From NCBI GenBank assembly GCA_013415865.1, contig CP058896.1, positions 843,957 through 907,956 on the forward strand: a DNA stretch of 64,000 nucleotides. The letters run 5' to 3'. This DNA comes from Methanomassiliicoccales archaeon (GTDB lineage Archaea > Thermoplasmatota > Thermoplasmata > Methanomassiliicoccales > UBA472). Under the pieces are notes generated by a model. It searched no databases and had not been told where the DNA came from. It saw nothing but the letters and a program-made list of their open reading frames with translations. The translations under genes and the position numbers were made by a program. Positions 45,728-54,229 of the stretch are shown here, piece by piece; the stretch's first letter is position 1; each line of letters begins with the position of its first letter.

Positions 45728-46273
45728 TTATTTTGAACGTTGCCAGATCTCGTCTGGAACATCGCCATAGTTGAATGAAGAATCGTCCGACCTGCCCCCT
45801 TGCCCCCCATCAAGGTTGATCAGCTCGAAGATGCGTTCCTTCCTGAAGAGCCAATAATGTATCCTCCACTCTCGGCCATCATACAAGGTCGTCTCCTCCC
45901 TTTCGGTCGTCAGGATGCCGGTGTCCTCCAACTGATAGAACGCATCGCGGTCCTCCGGTTCCAGCACGTTGTCGATTATCCTCTCGCTATATCCAAAGAA
46001 GTTCAGGACATGCTGCGCCATCCCACGGGCCTGCTCCTCTGGCATTCCATCCTTATCGATGCCGTTGCGTATCGCCTGGGTAAGGTGGTCGACCGTCAAC
46101 GTTGTGCATTTATCATCAAAACAGATCTCAAAAGTAGGTTGTTTATCGGCCCCGCCTGCGATCGGGTAGTCGTTCTTGATCGTCTGTGCACCGACCATGC
46201 TCAATGAGGCGGTCTTTCCACTTCCACTCTTTCCGCTGGAAAAATTGCGGGACTTGTTAGTGTTGCTCTTCAT
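45728..46273 (-). CDS. hypothetical protein (S/G/K-rich N-terminus plus globular domain)
   Basis: Start taken at MKSNTNKS (Met24 of ORF 45728-46342). No family recognised. Confidence 0.55.
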   Translation of the reverse strand: MKSNTNKSRNFSSGKSGSGKTASLSMVGAQTIKNDYPIAGGADKQPTFEICFDDKCTTLTVDHLTQAIRNGIDKDGMPEEQARGMAQHVLNFFGYSERIIDNVLEPEDRDAFYQLEDTGILTTEREETTLYDGREWRIHYWLFRKERIFELINLDGGQGGRSDDSSFNYGDVPDEIWQRSK

Positions 46274-46459
46274 TGTTATAGGCCCCTTTAGAGGTGATTT
46301 ACGGGATAAACGGTTTTTATGAATATTATAAAAGGAAATCATTTGAGATTCTGTATATATAATATTTGGTCCGAAAAGATGCGCCGGGCGATATGTGAAA
46401 AGAATATCATAAGATATGAAAGATCGTCACCTGCCATCATCGATCGACCTCTAATAAGA

Positions 46460-46467
46460 TTTATAAA
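46460..46467 (+). promoter_or_regulatory. putative TATA box for the MTH1187-family gene
   Basis: tttataaa lies about 55 nt upstream of ATG 46522. SD-like GAGGTGA at 46509-46515. Confidence 0.4.
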
Positions 46468-46521
46468 GAACCTATCTGAGGTGGATATGGGATAAGGCAC
46501 GAGGACCTGAGGTGACCTCAT

Positions 46522-46806
46522 ATGATAGCGGAATTCAGCATCGTTCCCTTAGGCAACGGGGTCGGAATAAGCGAGTATGTCGCTGAGTGCATCAAGATCG
46601 TGAAGCGGTCGGGATTGGACTTTGAGCTGACGCCGATGGGGACCATAATCCAAGGAGACCATGAGACAGTCATGTTGACGATATCATTGTGCCACAAGAG
46701 GGTGGCGGAGATGTCCGACAGGGTCATCACCCATATAACCATCGATGATAGGAGAGATGAGAGGCCCATGCGCAGAAAGGTGGAGAGCGTTCTCGATAAG
46801 ATCTGA
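46522..46806 (+). CDS. MTH1187/YkoF family (UPF0045) thiamine-binding-like protein
   Basis: MIAEFSIVPLGNGVGISEYVAECIKIVKRSGLDFELTPMGTIIQGD; about 94 aa. Confidence 0.85.
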   Translation: MIAEFSIVPLGNGVGISEYVAECIKIVKRSGLDFELTPMGTIIQGDHETVMLTISLCHKRVAEMSDRVITHITIDDRRDERPMRRKVESVLDKI

Positions 46807-46809
46807 AGC

Positions 46810-47874
46810 TCAGCTCAGAAATGCCTCCTCGAGGATGTGGACGATCCTCTCGCTCACCCTCTCATCCCCGTACGAGATCTGAGGTGCATCAGGTCGTGGC
46901 CTGAGGACCGCCTGCACGATCTTTTCCTTCGAGGCGCCTGCGAGGACGTTCCATCCTCCATCAAGCGTCTCGACCCACTCGGTCTCGTCCCTCATTGTGG
47001 TGCATGGTACCTTGAGGATGTACGCCTCCTTCTGTACCCCGCCCGAATCTGTCAGGATGTGCGCCGCATGTTTCTCCATCGCAGTGAAGGTCACATAGTC
47101 CATCGGTTCCACCACCTTTATGTTCTTGGATGATAGGGCTTTGTCCATCATGCCCCAAGAATTCAAGTTCTTGACCGTGCGCGGGTGAAGGGGCAGCACG
47201 ACATCCATCCCAAGGTCCGCCATTGCCGATAGTATCTCTGACATGTTCTTCCTTGAATCGGCGTTCTCCTGTCTGTGCACCGTGGCCAGGACATATCCCC
47301 CGACCCTTACCCCATACCTCTCCACCATGGACCTGTCCAATCTAGGACACATCTCCAACAGCGTCTGTGCCATCGTGTCGCCCACCACATGAACGTTCTT
47401 CGTAATGCCCTCCTTCCTTAGATTGTCAGAGGCGACATCGGTCGGGCAGAACAATATGCTGGATATGTGGTCGGTGAGGACCCTGTTTATCTCCTCGGGC
47501 ATCGACCTTCGGTATGACCTGAGTCCTGCCTCTACATGGGCCACGGGCATCAGCATCTTCACCGCCGCCAATGCACCTGCGAGGGTCGAGTTCGTATCGC
47601 CATATACGATGACGACGTCCGGTCTTTCCTTCATCAGTACGTCCTCCACCGCCGAGAGCATCCTGGCCGTCTGCTCTCCGTGGGCTCCCGAACCTATCCC
47701 TAGGTTGTGCTTTGGCTCAGGGATGTTCAATACCTCGAAGAAGACCTGGCTCATCTTATAATCATAATGCTGTCCTGTGTGCACGATCACATGCTCGTGC
47801 CTTTTCATGGCCCTGTGGATCGGCGCCAACTTGACGAACTGAGGCCTTGCCCCCACCACTGATAGGAACTTCAC
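46810..47874 (-). CDS. wecB: UDP-N-acetylglucosamine 2-epimerase (non-hydrolysing; WecB/WbpI-like)
   Basis: MKFLSVVGARPQFVKLAP...HTGQHYDY...VYGDTNSTLAGALAA...HVEAGLRS...TDSGGVQKEA. Confidence 0.92.
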   Translation of the reverse strand: MKFLSVVGARPQFVKLAPIHRAMKRHEHVIVHTGQHYDYKMSQVFFEVLNIPEPKHNLGIGSGAHGEQTARMLSAVEDVLMKERPDVVIVYGDTNSTLAGALAAVKMLMPVAHVEAGLRSYRRSMPEEINRVLTDHISSILFCPTDVASDNLRKEGITKNVHVVGDTMAQTLLEMCPRLDRSMVERYGVRVGGYVLATVHRQENADSRKNMSEILSAMADLGMDVVLPLHPRTVKNLNSWGMMDKALSSKNIKVVEPMDYVTFTAMEKHAAHILTDSGGVQKEAYILKVPCTTMRDETEWVETLDGGWNVLAGASKEKIVQAVLRPRPDAPQISYGDERVSERIVHILEEAFLS

Positions 47875-47967
47875 ACGACGTCATGAGCGCTGGCAGTAAT
47901 AACACTTGCCGATAGTGATGATAGGCTAGGGCCACAGGAAAATAGGAGGATGAAAGGGTTTCTGTTC

Positions 47968-49575
47968 TCAGATGTTCATGTACTCCTTGGTCCGCATGTG
48001 GCTGAGCGTGATATATCGGACCTCGTTGAAGTTCTGAAGCGCCCTGAGCTCCTCAAGGACCGTCTTGTCCACAGGGTCGTCCACCGATATGAGCATGAGC
48101 GCCCTTCCCAACTTCCCGACACGCCCGACGCCCATCCTCGCGATGTTCACCTTTCTGGACCCGAGCGCGTTGCCTATCTTACCTATCATACCAGGCATAT
48201 CATCATGCTTGGTCAATATGAAGTCGCCCTCCAGGGGCATGTCCAGATCGAACTCGTCCACACCTAGGATCCTCGGTTGGTCCGACGGGAAGGCCGTGCC
48301 ACGGACCTCATGCTTCGTCCCGTCGCTCGATATCCGGACGACGAGCATGTTCGTGAAGAGCCCGGCCTCATCGACCTTCGACTCGACGACCTGTATCCCC
48401 TTCTCTCTAGCTATCGATATGGCATTGATCACGTTCGTGGTCTCTCCAGTTACATTCTGGAGCACGCCTATGAGGGCGGACACGGTGACCATCTTCGTGT
48501 CCAGGTTGGCGATCTCACCGTGCATCTCGACCTCCACCTTCTTCACTGGACCGTCAACTATCTGCATGCAGAACGAACCGAGCCTCTCGGCGATAGGGAT
48601 GAACGGTGCCACCTTCGGGTCCACCTTGCTGATGGGGGCGTTCACGGCGTTCGTAATCTTGTTCTCCAGAAGGAACAGCTTCACATGCTCGGCCATCTCC
48701 ACAGAGACCTTCTCCTGCGCCTCCTTTGTGCTTGCGCCCAGGTGCGGTGTCAGAACAACGTTGGGGAGCGTCAGGAGCTTGGATCCCTTCGGGGGCTCCT
48801 TCTCAAAGACGTCCAATGCGGCCCCAGCTATCCTCTTTGTCTCCAACGCCTCTACCAAAGCGTTCTCGTCAACGATCTCCCCTCTAGCACAGTTGATGAG
48901 GACCGCATGGGGCTTCATCATATCGAACTGGGCCTTACCGATCAGATGATGCGTCGTTGGTGTGAGAGGTGCGTGTATGGTTATTATGTCAGATTCCTGA
49001 AGGACCTTGTCCAAAGGCAGGAGCCTGACGCCTAGCTTTACCGCTAGCTCCTGTGAGATGAACGGGTCATATCCGACAAGCTTCATCCCGAAGGCCTTTG
49101 CCTTCTTGGCCACCTCCCCGCCGATCCTTCCAATGCCCACGATGCCCAGGGTCTTCCCGCTGAGCTCTATGCCCATGAACTTGCTCCTTTCCCACTTGCC
49201 CTCTTTCATTGAGACGTCAGCCGAAGGGATGTTCCTGGCCCAGGCTAGCATCATCGCCATCGTATGCTCGGACGCCGAGATTATGTTCGCGGCCGGCGTG
49301 TTCATGACCAGCACCCCGCGCCTGGTCGCAGCCTCAACGTCCACGTTGTCCACACCGACACCGGCGCGTCCGACCACGCGTAACTTCTTACCGGCCTCGA
49401 TCACCTGGGCGGTGACCTTGGTTCCACTCCTGACGATCAACGCCTCATAGTCACCTATGATTTTGATGAGCTCCTCCTGAGAAATCTTCGGCCTGACGTC
49501 CACCTGGATCGCCCCGTCCTTCGTGAGCATCTCGATGCCCTCCTTGGAGAGCTCGTCCGTGATCAGTATCTTCAT
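47968..49575 (-). CDS. serA: D-3-phosphoglycerate dehydrogenase with C-terminal ACT domain
   Basis: GIVGIGRIGGEVAKKA, NCARGEIVDE, LTPHLGAST. Long form of 535 aa with ASB/ACT region. Confidence 0.92.
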   Translation of the reverse strand: MKILITDELSKEGIEMLTKDGAIQVDVRPKISQEELIKIIGDYEALIVRSGTKVTAQVIEAGKKLRVVGRAGVGVDNVDVEAATRRGVLVMNTPAANIISASEHTMAMMLAWARNIPSADVSMKEGKWERSKFMGIELSGKTLGIVGIGRIGGEVAKKAKAFGMKLVGYDPFISQELAVKLGVRLLPLDKVLQESDIITIHAPLTPTTHHLIGKAQFDMMKPHAVLINCARGEIVDENALVEALETKRIAGAALDVFEKEPPKGSKLLTLPNVVLTPHLGASTKEAQEKVSVEMAEHVKLFLLENKITNAVNAPISKVDPKVAPFIPIAERLGSFCMQIVDGPVKKVEVEMHGEIANLDTKMVTVSALIGVLQNVTGETTNVINAISIAREKGIQVVESKVDEAGLFTNMLVVRISSDGTKHEVRGTAFPSDQPRILGVDEFDLDMPLEGDFILTKHDDMPGMIGKIGNALGSRKVNIARMGVGRVGKLGRALMLISVDDPVDKTVLEELRALQNFNEVRYITLSHMRTKEYMNI

Positions 49576-50636
49576 TACATCCCCTCCAGCACTGAGTCCA
49601 TTGCACTGAGCAGTTCCTGTATGTCCTTGGTCGTCAGGTCGCCCATATGTCCGATACGGAAGGTCATGTCCTTCACCCTTCCGTAACCTGGGGAGACCTC
49701 GAAACCTTTCTCTTTCAATTTCTTATCGAATTCTGAGAAGTCGAACTTTCCGGTCTCGATGACACTGATGGACCTTGAACGGAAGCCGTGCTCAGCGAAG
49801 AGCCCGAACCTCTTCTTTGCCCAATCATGCACCATCTTGGTCATCGCCTCGTGCCTCTCGAACCTCGCTGCGGACCCTTCTTTGAGCCACTTGTCGAGCT
49901 GATAATCCAGCCCATAAAGTAAGGATACCGCCGGCGTTGTGAGCGGCAGGTCCTTGTCCGCGAACTTCTTTATCTCGAGCAGGTCGAAGTAGTAACCTCG
50001 GTTCTCGACCTGTTCAGCCTTCTTAAGAAGCCTATCGGAGACGCAGATTATCGCCAGGCCTGGCGGGAGGGCCAATGCTTTCTGGCTTCCGAAGACCAAA
50101 GCATCAGGCCGCATCTCCCTCAACCTCATGTCGACCGCGCCCACCGCAGTTACACCGTCAACGAACAGCAGTGGGTCCCCATTATCCCTGACCGCCTCAG
50201 CAAGCTCGACCATCGGATTCAGCACGCCCGTCGACGATTCATTGGAAACGATGGTGACGGCCTCCGCATCCTTGCTGATCCTTCCATCGATGTGCTCCTT
50301 CCTGATCGCCTTCCCCCATTCACAGTCGATCTTGTCCACGAGCTTTCCGTTGGCCGTCCCGATCTGTTGCCACCTGTCACCGAATGATCCGTTCGAAATG
50401 CCGACCATCTTCCTTTTCACGCCACAACGGACGCAAGACTCGAGGAATCCTGTCGCGGAGCATGGTGAAAGGTAGATCTCGAGGTCGGTGTCCAATGCCT
50501 TGTGCAACTTCTCGACGATGCCCTTCTGGAGCTTCTGATATTCCTTACCTCTGTGGATGATCATCGGTCTGCTCATCGCCTCGAGCGTGTCCGAGAACAC
50601 TTCCACCGGGCCAACTGTGAAAAGCCTGTTGCTCAA
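49575..50636 (-). CDS. class V aminotransferase (archaeal phosphoserine / serine-glyoxylate aminotransferase type)
   Basis: FTVGPVEV...MIIHRGKEYQ, VDGVTAVGA, GSQKALALPPGLAI (PLP lysine). TTG start. The 3' end overlaps the serA start by 1 nt. Confidence 0.85.
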   Translation of the reverse strand: MSNRLFTVGPVEVFSDTLEAMSRPMIIHRGKEYQKLQKGIVEKLHKALDTDLEIYLSPCSATGFLESCVRCGVKRKMVGISNGSFGDRWQQIGTANGKLVDKIDCEWGKAIRKEHIDGRISKDAEAVTIVSNESSTGVLNPMVELAEAVRDNGDPLLFVDGVTAVGAVDMRLREMRPDALVFGSQKALALPPGLAIICVSDRLLKKAEQVENRGYYFDLLEIKKFADKDLPLTTPAVSLLYGLDYQLDKWLKEGSAARFERHEAMTKMVHDWAKKRFGLFAEHGFRSRSISVIETGKFDFSEFDKKLKEKGFEVSPGYGRVKDMTFRIGHMGDLTTKDIQELLSAMDSVLEGM

Positions 50637-50815
50637 ATCATCGCCTCTTTCTGTGGTCCGTGCGCATCACAGACCGAGACTCTGTCCCAGGTCTGGAGAA
50701 CGCACATCCTTGTCAGACGCATGACAAGGATTGACAAGAAAGCCATAACATGGACAATTTAAATAAACTTTACCAGGCCGTCAAGCACCGATGATTCTTA
50801 TAGGAATAGTATCGC

Positions 50816-51778
50816 TCACGCTATCGCCGAATAGATCCTTTCAAATGTTTGGACTATCTTGTTTTGATTGTGTTCCCTGAGCGCATATTCTCTGCCCTTT
50901 CTCATGACAGTAGTAAGACGGTCAGCGTCGGTGATAAGACCCTTAAGACATTCTGCCAACGATAATGCTGTTGGCTCGGCCGGAGATACGACCCCGATGT
51001 CCTTCGGATATCTTTGCCTCATTTCATCATCGATGAAGGCCACGGCCACCTTTCCAAGTGCCATCGCCTCGATCGAGGTCTTACCGTAGATGCCAGCTAT
51101 ACCTGTGACGCTTCTATCTGATATCCAATCGATAACGATATCCGACCTTCTAATAGCTGATATAGCCTCATCATGAGGGACGTGCTCGAGGACCGTGAAC
51201 TCGATTGCCAGGCCATCTTTTTTCAAAAGGGAGATCGCTTCGAGCACCTTATCAGTACCTTTGATCGTCCTGTCGGTCGGCATATGAAGGATCTTTATCG
51301 TACCTGATGGAGGGGAAAATGGCACGTTAAAAAGCTCATCCTTGACCGGGTTCGGTACATATTCAGCGTCCTCCCACCAGTCAAGAAGGTCGGGCGTGGC
51401 GACCACCTTGGCGTCGCCAAGAGAGCTATAGTAGGCCCCGTAACCCAATCTTGTTTCTGACCCATGATAATGAAGGAGAATGGGCCTTTTTCTTATCGCT
51501 CCCAACCATACGAGGTCGGCCCTTTTCCAATTAATTCCTGTGTGGACATGAAGGACGTCATATCCAGAGGATATCCTGATGACCTCCTTCATCCCCTTTA
51601 AACTTGTGAGCGTCATCCCTTTGAGGGGGACCTCGTGGTCGACCGGGAATTTCATGGGGTTGGGCCATGTCACCAATACATCCGAATCAACGCCTGATCT
51701 CCTTTGAGCATCTCTAAGCTCAGATGCCACTCCGGCAGGATTCTCGATGTGTAAGACCCTCAATGCCCACACGCTCAT
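50816..51778 (-). CDS. glycosyltransferase (GT-B, GT4-like, divergent)
   Basis: C-terminal GKTSIEAMALGKVAV motif. Start moved to MSVWALRVLHIEN (Met25) because Met1 would lie only 10 nt from the divergent gene. Confidence 0.65.
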   Translation of the reverse strand: MSVWALRVLHIENPAGVASELRDAQRRSGVDSDVLVTWPNPMKFPVDHEVPLKGMTLTSLKGMKEVIRISSGYDVLHVHTGINWKRADLVWLGAIRKRPILLHYHGSETRLGYGAYYSSLGDAKVVATPDLLDWWEDAEYVPNPVKDELFNVPFSPPSGTIKILHMPTDRTIKGTDKVLEAISLLKKDGLAIEFTVLEHVPHDEAISAIRRSDIVIDWISDRSVTGIAGIYGKTSIEAMALGKVAVAFIDDEMRQRYPKDIGVVSPAEPTALSLAECLKGLITDADRLTTVMRKGREYALREHNQNKIVQTFERIYSAIA

Positions 51779-51797
51779 GCAACTGATGCCATGGCTT

Positions 51798-51813
51798 GAT
51801 ATTTTATTTTGAT
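51798..51813 (-). promoter_or_regulatory. putative TATA box for GT gene 50816-51778
   Basis: Minus-strand atcaaaataaaatatc is centred about 26 nt upstream of ATG 51778 (leaderless geometry). Confidence 0.4.
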
Positions 51814-51830
51814 CCCTCCTTAGAACATTC

Positions 51831-51840
51831 TTAAAATATA
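51831..51840 (+). promoter_or_regulatory. putative TATA box for the nucleotide-sugar dehydrogenase gene
   Basis: ttaaaatata is centred about 25 nt upstream of ATG 51861 (leaderless geometry). Confidence 0.4.
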
Positions 51841-51860
51841 CGCGAGGCATAAGATGCCCG

Positions 51861-53153
51861 ATGCCAAGGGAGACCGCAGTCGTCGTAGGGCTTGGTTATG
51901 TCGGGCTTCCGCTCGCCTGCCTTCTTGCTGAGAGCGGATGTCAGACATATGGAGTGGATATCGATCAAAGGAAGATCTCCACCATTATGCAAGGGTTGAG
52001 CCCTATCAAAGGAGAGGAGCCAGGCCTTGTGGATCTTATTGAAGAGGTTGTCAAGAACGGGGACCTGAGGGCGACCTCGGACATCAGCGTGATCGCAAAG
52101 GCCGACGCTGTGTTCATATGCGTTGATACTCCGGTCGTCGAAAGGAGGCCCGATCTCACCATCCTAAGGAACGTACTGGGAGATATCGCAAGGAACTTGA
52201 AGACGGGGCAGTTGGTATCGGTCGAATCTACCTTGCCACCAGGCACATGTTCGTCTTTGGTCATACCGGTCCTCGAGAAGGGGAGCGGTCTCAAGGCAGG
52301 CAAGGACTTCTCGCTGGTCCATTGCCCGGAGAGGGTGATGCCTGGTAAGTTGTTGACCAATATGCGTTCGGTCGAAAGGGTGATCGGAGGCCTGGATTCT
52401 ACGTCCATCAGAGCGGGCGCTTACTTCTATTCGAAGTTCGTCAAGGCCGAGCTCCACCCCACCGACCTTCTCTCAGCGGAGATCTCAAAAACGGTGGAGA
52501 ACGCCTATAGGGATGTCCAGATCGCCTTCGCCAATGAGGTCGCTCTTTTATGCGAGGCGCTTGGCGGGGATGCCTATGAGGTGAGACGGCTCGTCAACAC
52601 ATGTCCGTTCAGGGACATGCACGTCCCAGGGTCCGGAGTGGGGGGGCATTGTCTCCCCAAGGACCCATGGCTTCTTCTCAGCTCCGCACCGGACGTAAAT
52701 GCCAAGGTCATCCCTTCTGCAAGGGCGGTCAACGAGGGGATGCCTGAGCACCTTGCCGACCTTGCCGTCAGGGCATTGAAAGAACGTTTTGGAAATGGGA
52801 ATAGACCTAAGGTGGCGGTCATGGGCCTGGCATTTCTGAGGAACTCCGATGACACCAGGAACTCACCGGCCGTCCCGGTGATCGACAGGATGATGTCTCT
52901 GGCCGATGTGGTCGTCCATGACAGGTTCGTCAAGGAAAGATATGTTGCCCCGCTGGTCCGCGACCCCTATGAGGCGATCAAAGGAGCGGATTGCGCGATA
53001 TTCGTCACAGACCATTCAGAATATCAGTCCCTCGACCTTGACAGGTTGAGACATGAAATGAGGACCCCCATACTGATCGATGGAAGAAACATCTTCAACG
53101 CCAGCGATGTGAGGAAGAAAGGATTTTATTATTCCGCCATTGGCAAGGGCTGA
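51861..53153 (+). CDS. nucleotide-sugar 6-dehydrogenase (UDP-ManNAc/GlcNAc dehydrogenase; WecC/WbpA-like)
   Basis: VVGLGYVGLPLA Rossmann motif and catalytic GSGVGGHCLPKDP. Confidence 0.9.
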   Translation: MPRETAVVVGLGYVGLPLACLLAESGCQTYGVDIDQRKISTIMQGLSPIKGEEPGLVDLIEEVVKNGDLRATSDISVIAKADAVFICVDTPVVERRPDLTILRNVLGDIARNLKTGQLVSVESTLPPGTCSSLVIPVLEKGSGLKAGKDFSLVHCPERVMPGKLLTNMRSVERVIGGLDSTSIRAGAYFYSKFVKAELHPTDLLSAEISKTVENAYRDVQIAFANEVALLCEALGGDAYEVRRLVNTCPFRDMHVPGSGVGGHCLPKDPWLLLSSAPDVNAKVIPSARAVNEGMPEHLADLAVRALKERFGNGNRPKVAVMGLAFLRNSDDTRNSPAVPVIDRMMSLADVVVHDRFVKERYVAPLVRDPYEAIKGADCAIFVTDHSEYQSLDLDRLRHEMRTPILIDGRNIFNASDVRKKGFYYSAIGKG

Positions 53154-54188
53154 TCAGGAGAGCGCCCTTTCTATCCTCGCCACGGTCTCCTCGATATCCT
53201 CTTTTTCGATGCCATGGTGGGTGACGAACCTCACTGTCTCTGGCCCGAAGGAAAATATCCTGATCCCGTTCCTGGCGCACATCTCCACGAACCCGTCAGA
53301 GCTCATCCCCGTGCCCTTGACGTTGGCGATGACTATGTTGGTCTGGACCGTCCTCATGTCTATCTCGATGCCGTCGATGTCCTGAAGTCCTCTCGCCAGC
53401 ATGGCCGCGTTATCATGGTCCTCCTTCAATCGATGGACCATCTTGTCCAAAGCGACAATGCCTGGGGCAGCGATGATGCCTGCCTGGCGCATGCCTCCCC
53501 CTACCATCTTTCTGTTCGCCCTCGCCCTTTCGATGAAATCATCGCTCCCCAACAGGACCGAGCCGACAGGGCAGCACAGCCCTTTCGACAGACAGAAGCT
53601 CATGCTGTCCACATGTCTCATGAACTCCCTCACGCTGACGTCCAGCGCGATGGCTGCGTTGAATATCCTTGCTCCGTCGATGTGGACCTTGAGGCCGTGG
53701 TCCGTGGCCACCTTGCTCACTGACGCCACCTGGTCGGGGGTCCAGCAACAGCCTCCGGCGCGGTTGTGCGTGTTCTCTATCTCCAACAAGGTCGAAGGGG
53801 GGTAGTGCAATGGGTCATAGGGCCTGATGGCCGCCTCGACCTCCTCGGCGGTGAAGACCCCTCTTTCACCCTTGATGAGCCTTGGGATGGCGCCCACCAG
53901 GGCGGACATCCCTCCCACCTCGTAGTAGTACATATGGGCCTCAGATTCCAGGATTATCTCGTCACCGCGCCTGCAATGGGTCAGCATCGCGACGAGGTTA
54001 CCCTGCGTCCCGCTCGGCATGAGAAGCGCTGACCCAGCACCGAACATACGTGCCGCCTTTTCTTGAAGGCGGTTCACCGTCTCGTCCTCTTTTTCAACAT
54101 CATCGCCCAACGGGGCTGCCATGATGCTCTCGAGCATCTCCCTGGTGGGTTTGGTCACGGTGTCACTTCTAAGGTCGATGGTCCGCAT
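53154..54188 (-). CDS. ltaE: low-specificity L-threonine aldolase
   Basis: MRTIDLRSDTVTKPT, PSGTQGNL, FCLSKGLCCPVGS (PLP lysine). Confidence 0.88.
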   Translation of the reverse strand: MRTIDLRSDTVTKPTREMLESIMAAPLGDDVEKEDETVNRLQEKAARMFGAGSALLMPSGTQGNLVAMLTHCRRGDEIILESEAHMYYYEVGGMSALVGAIPRLIKGERGVFTAEEVEAAIRPYDPLHYPPSTLLEIENTHNRAGGCCWTPDQVASVSKVATDHGLKVHIDGARIFNAAIALDVSVREFMRHVDSMSFCLSKGLCCPVGSVLLGSDDFIERARANRKMVGGGMRQAGIIAAPGIVALDKMVHRLKEDHDNAAMLARGLQDIDGIEIDMRTVQTNIVIANVKGTGMSSDGFVEMCARNGIRIFSFGPETVRFVTHHGIEKEDIEETVARIERALS

Positions 54189-54229
54189 GGAATGATCCCT
54201 CGTGGGTATGCCGATCAAGATAAATAGAT

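Noticed and set aside
46343-46521. Possible TPP riboswitch upstream of the thiamine-binding-like MTH1187 gene (CTGAGG ... ACCTGAGG elements)
   Set aside because: The order and spacing do not fit the THI-box (UGAGA ... ACCUGAUCUGGAUAAUGCCAGCG). There is no room for P4/P5 before the ATG. The repeated CTGAGGTG is better explained as a Shine-Dalgarno-like sequence, once before the gene and once before a 2-codon ATG-GGA-TAA that is probably fortuitous.
53154-54188. Threonine aldolase between two sugar-modifying genes as a glycan-modifying enzyme (threonine-substituted sugars are known in some methanococcal glycans)
   Set aside because: The sequence is a standard low-specificity threonine aldolase. 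It is transcribed convergently to the dehydrogenase and sits near the serA/serC-like amino-acid genes. Adjacency alone does not support a glycan role.
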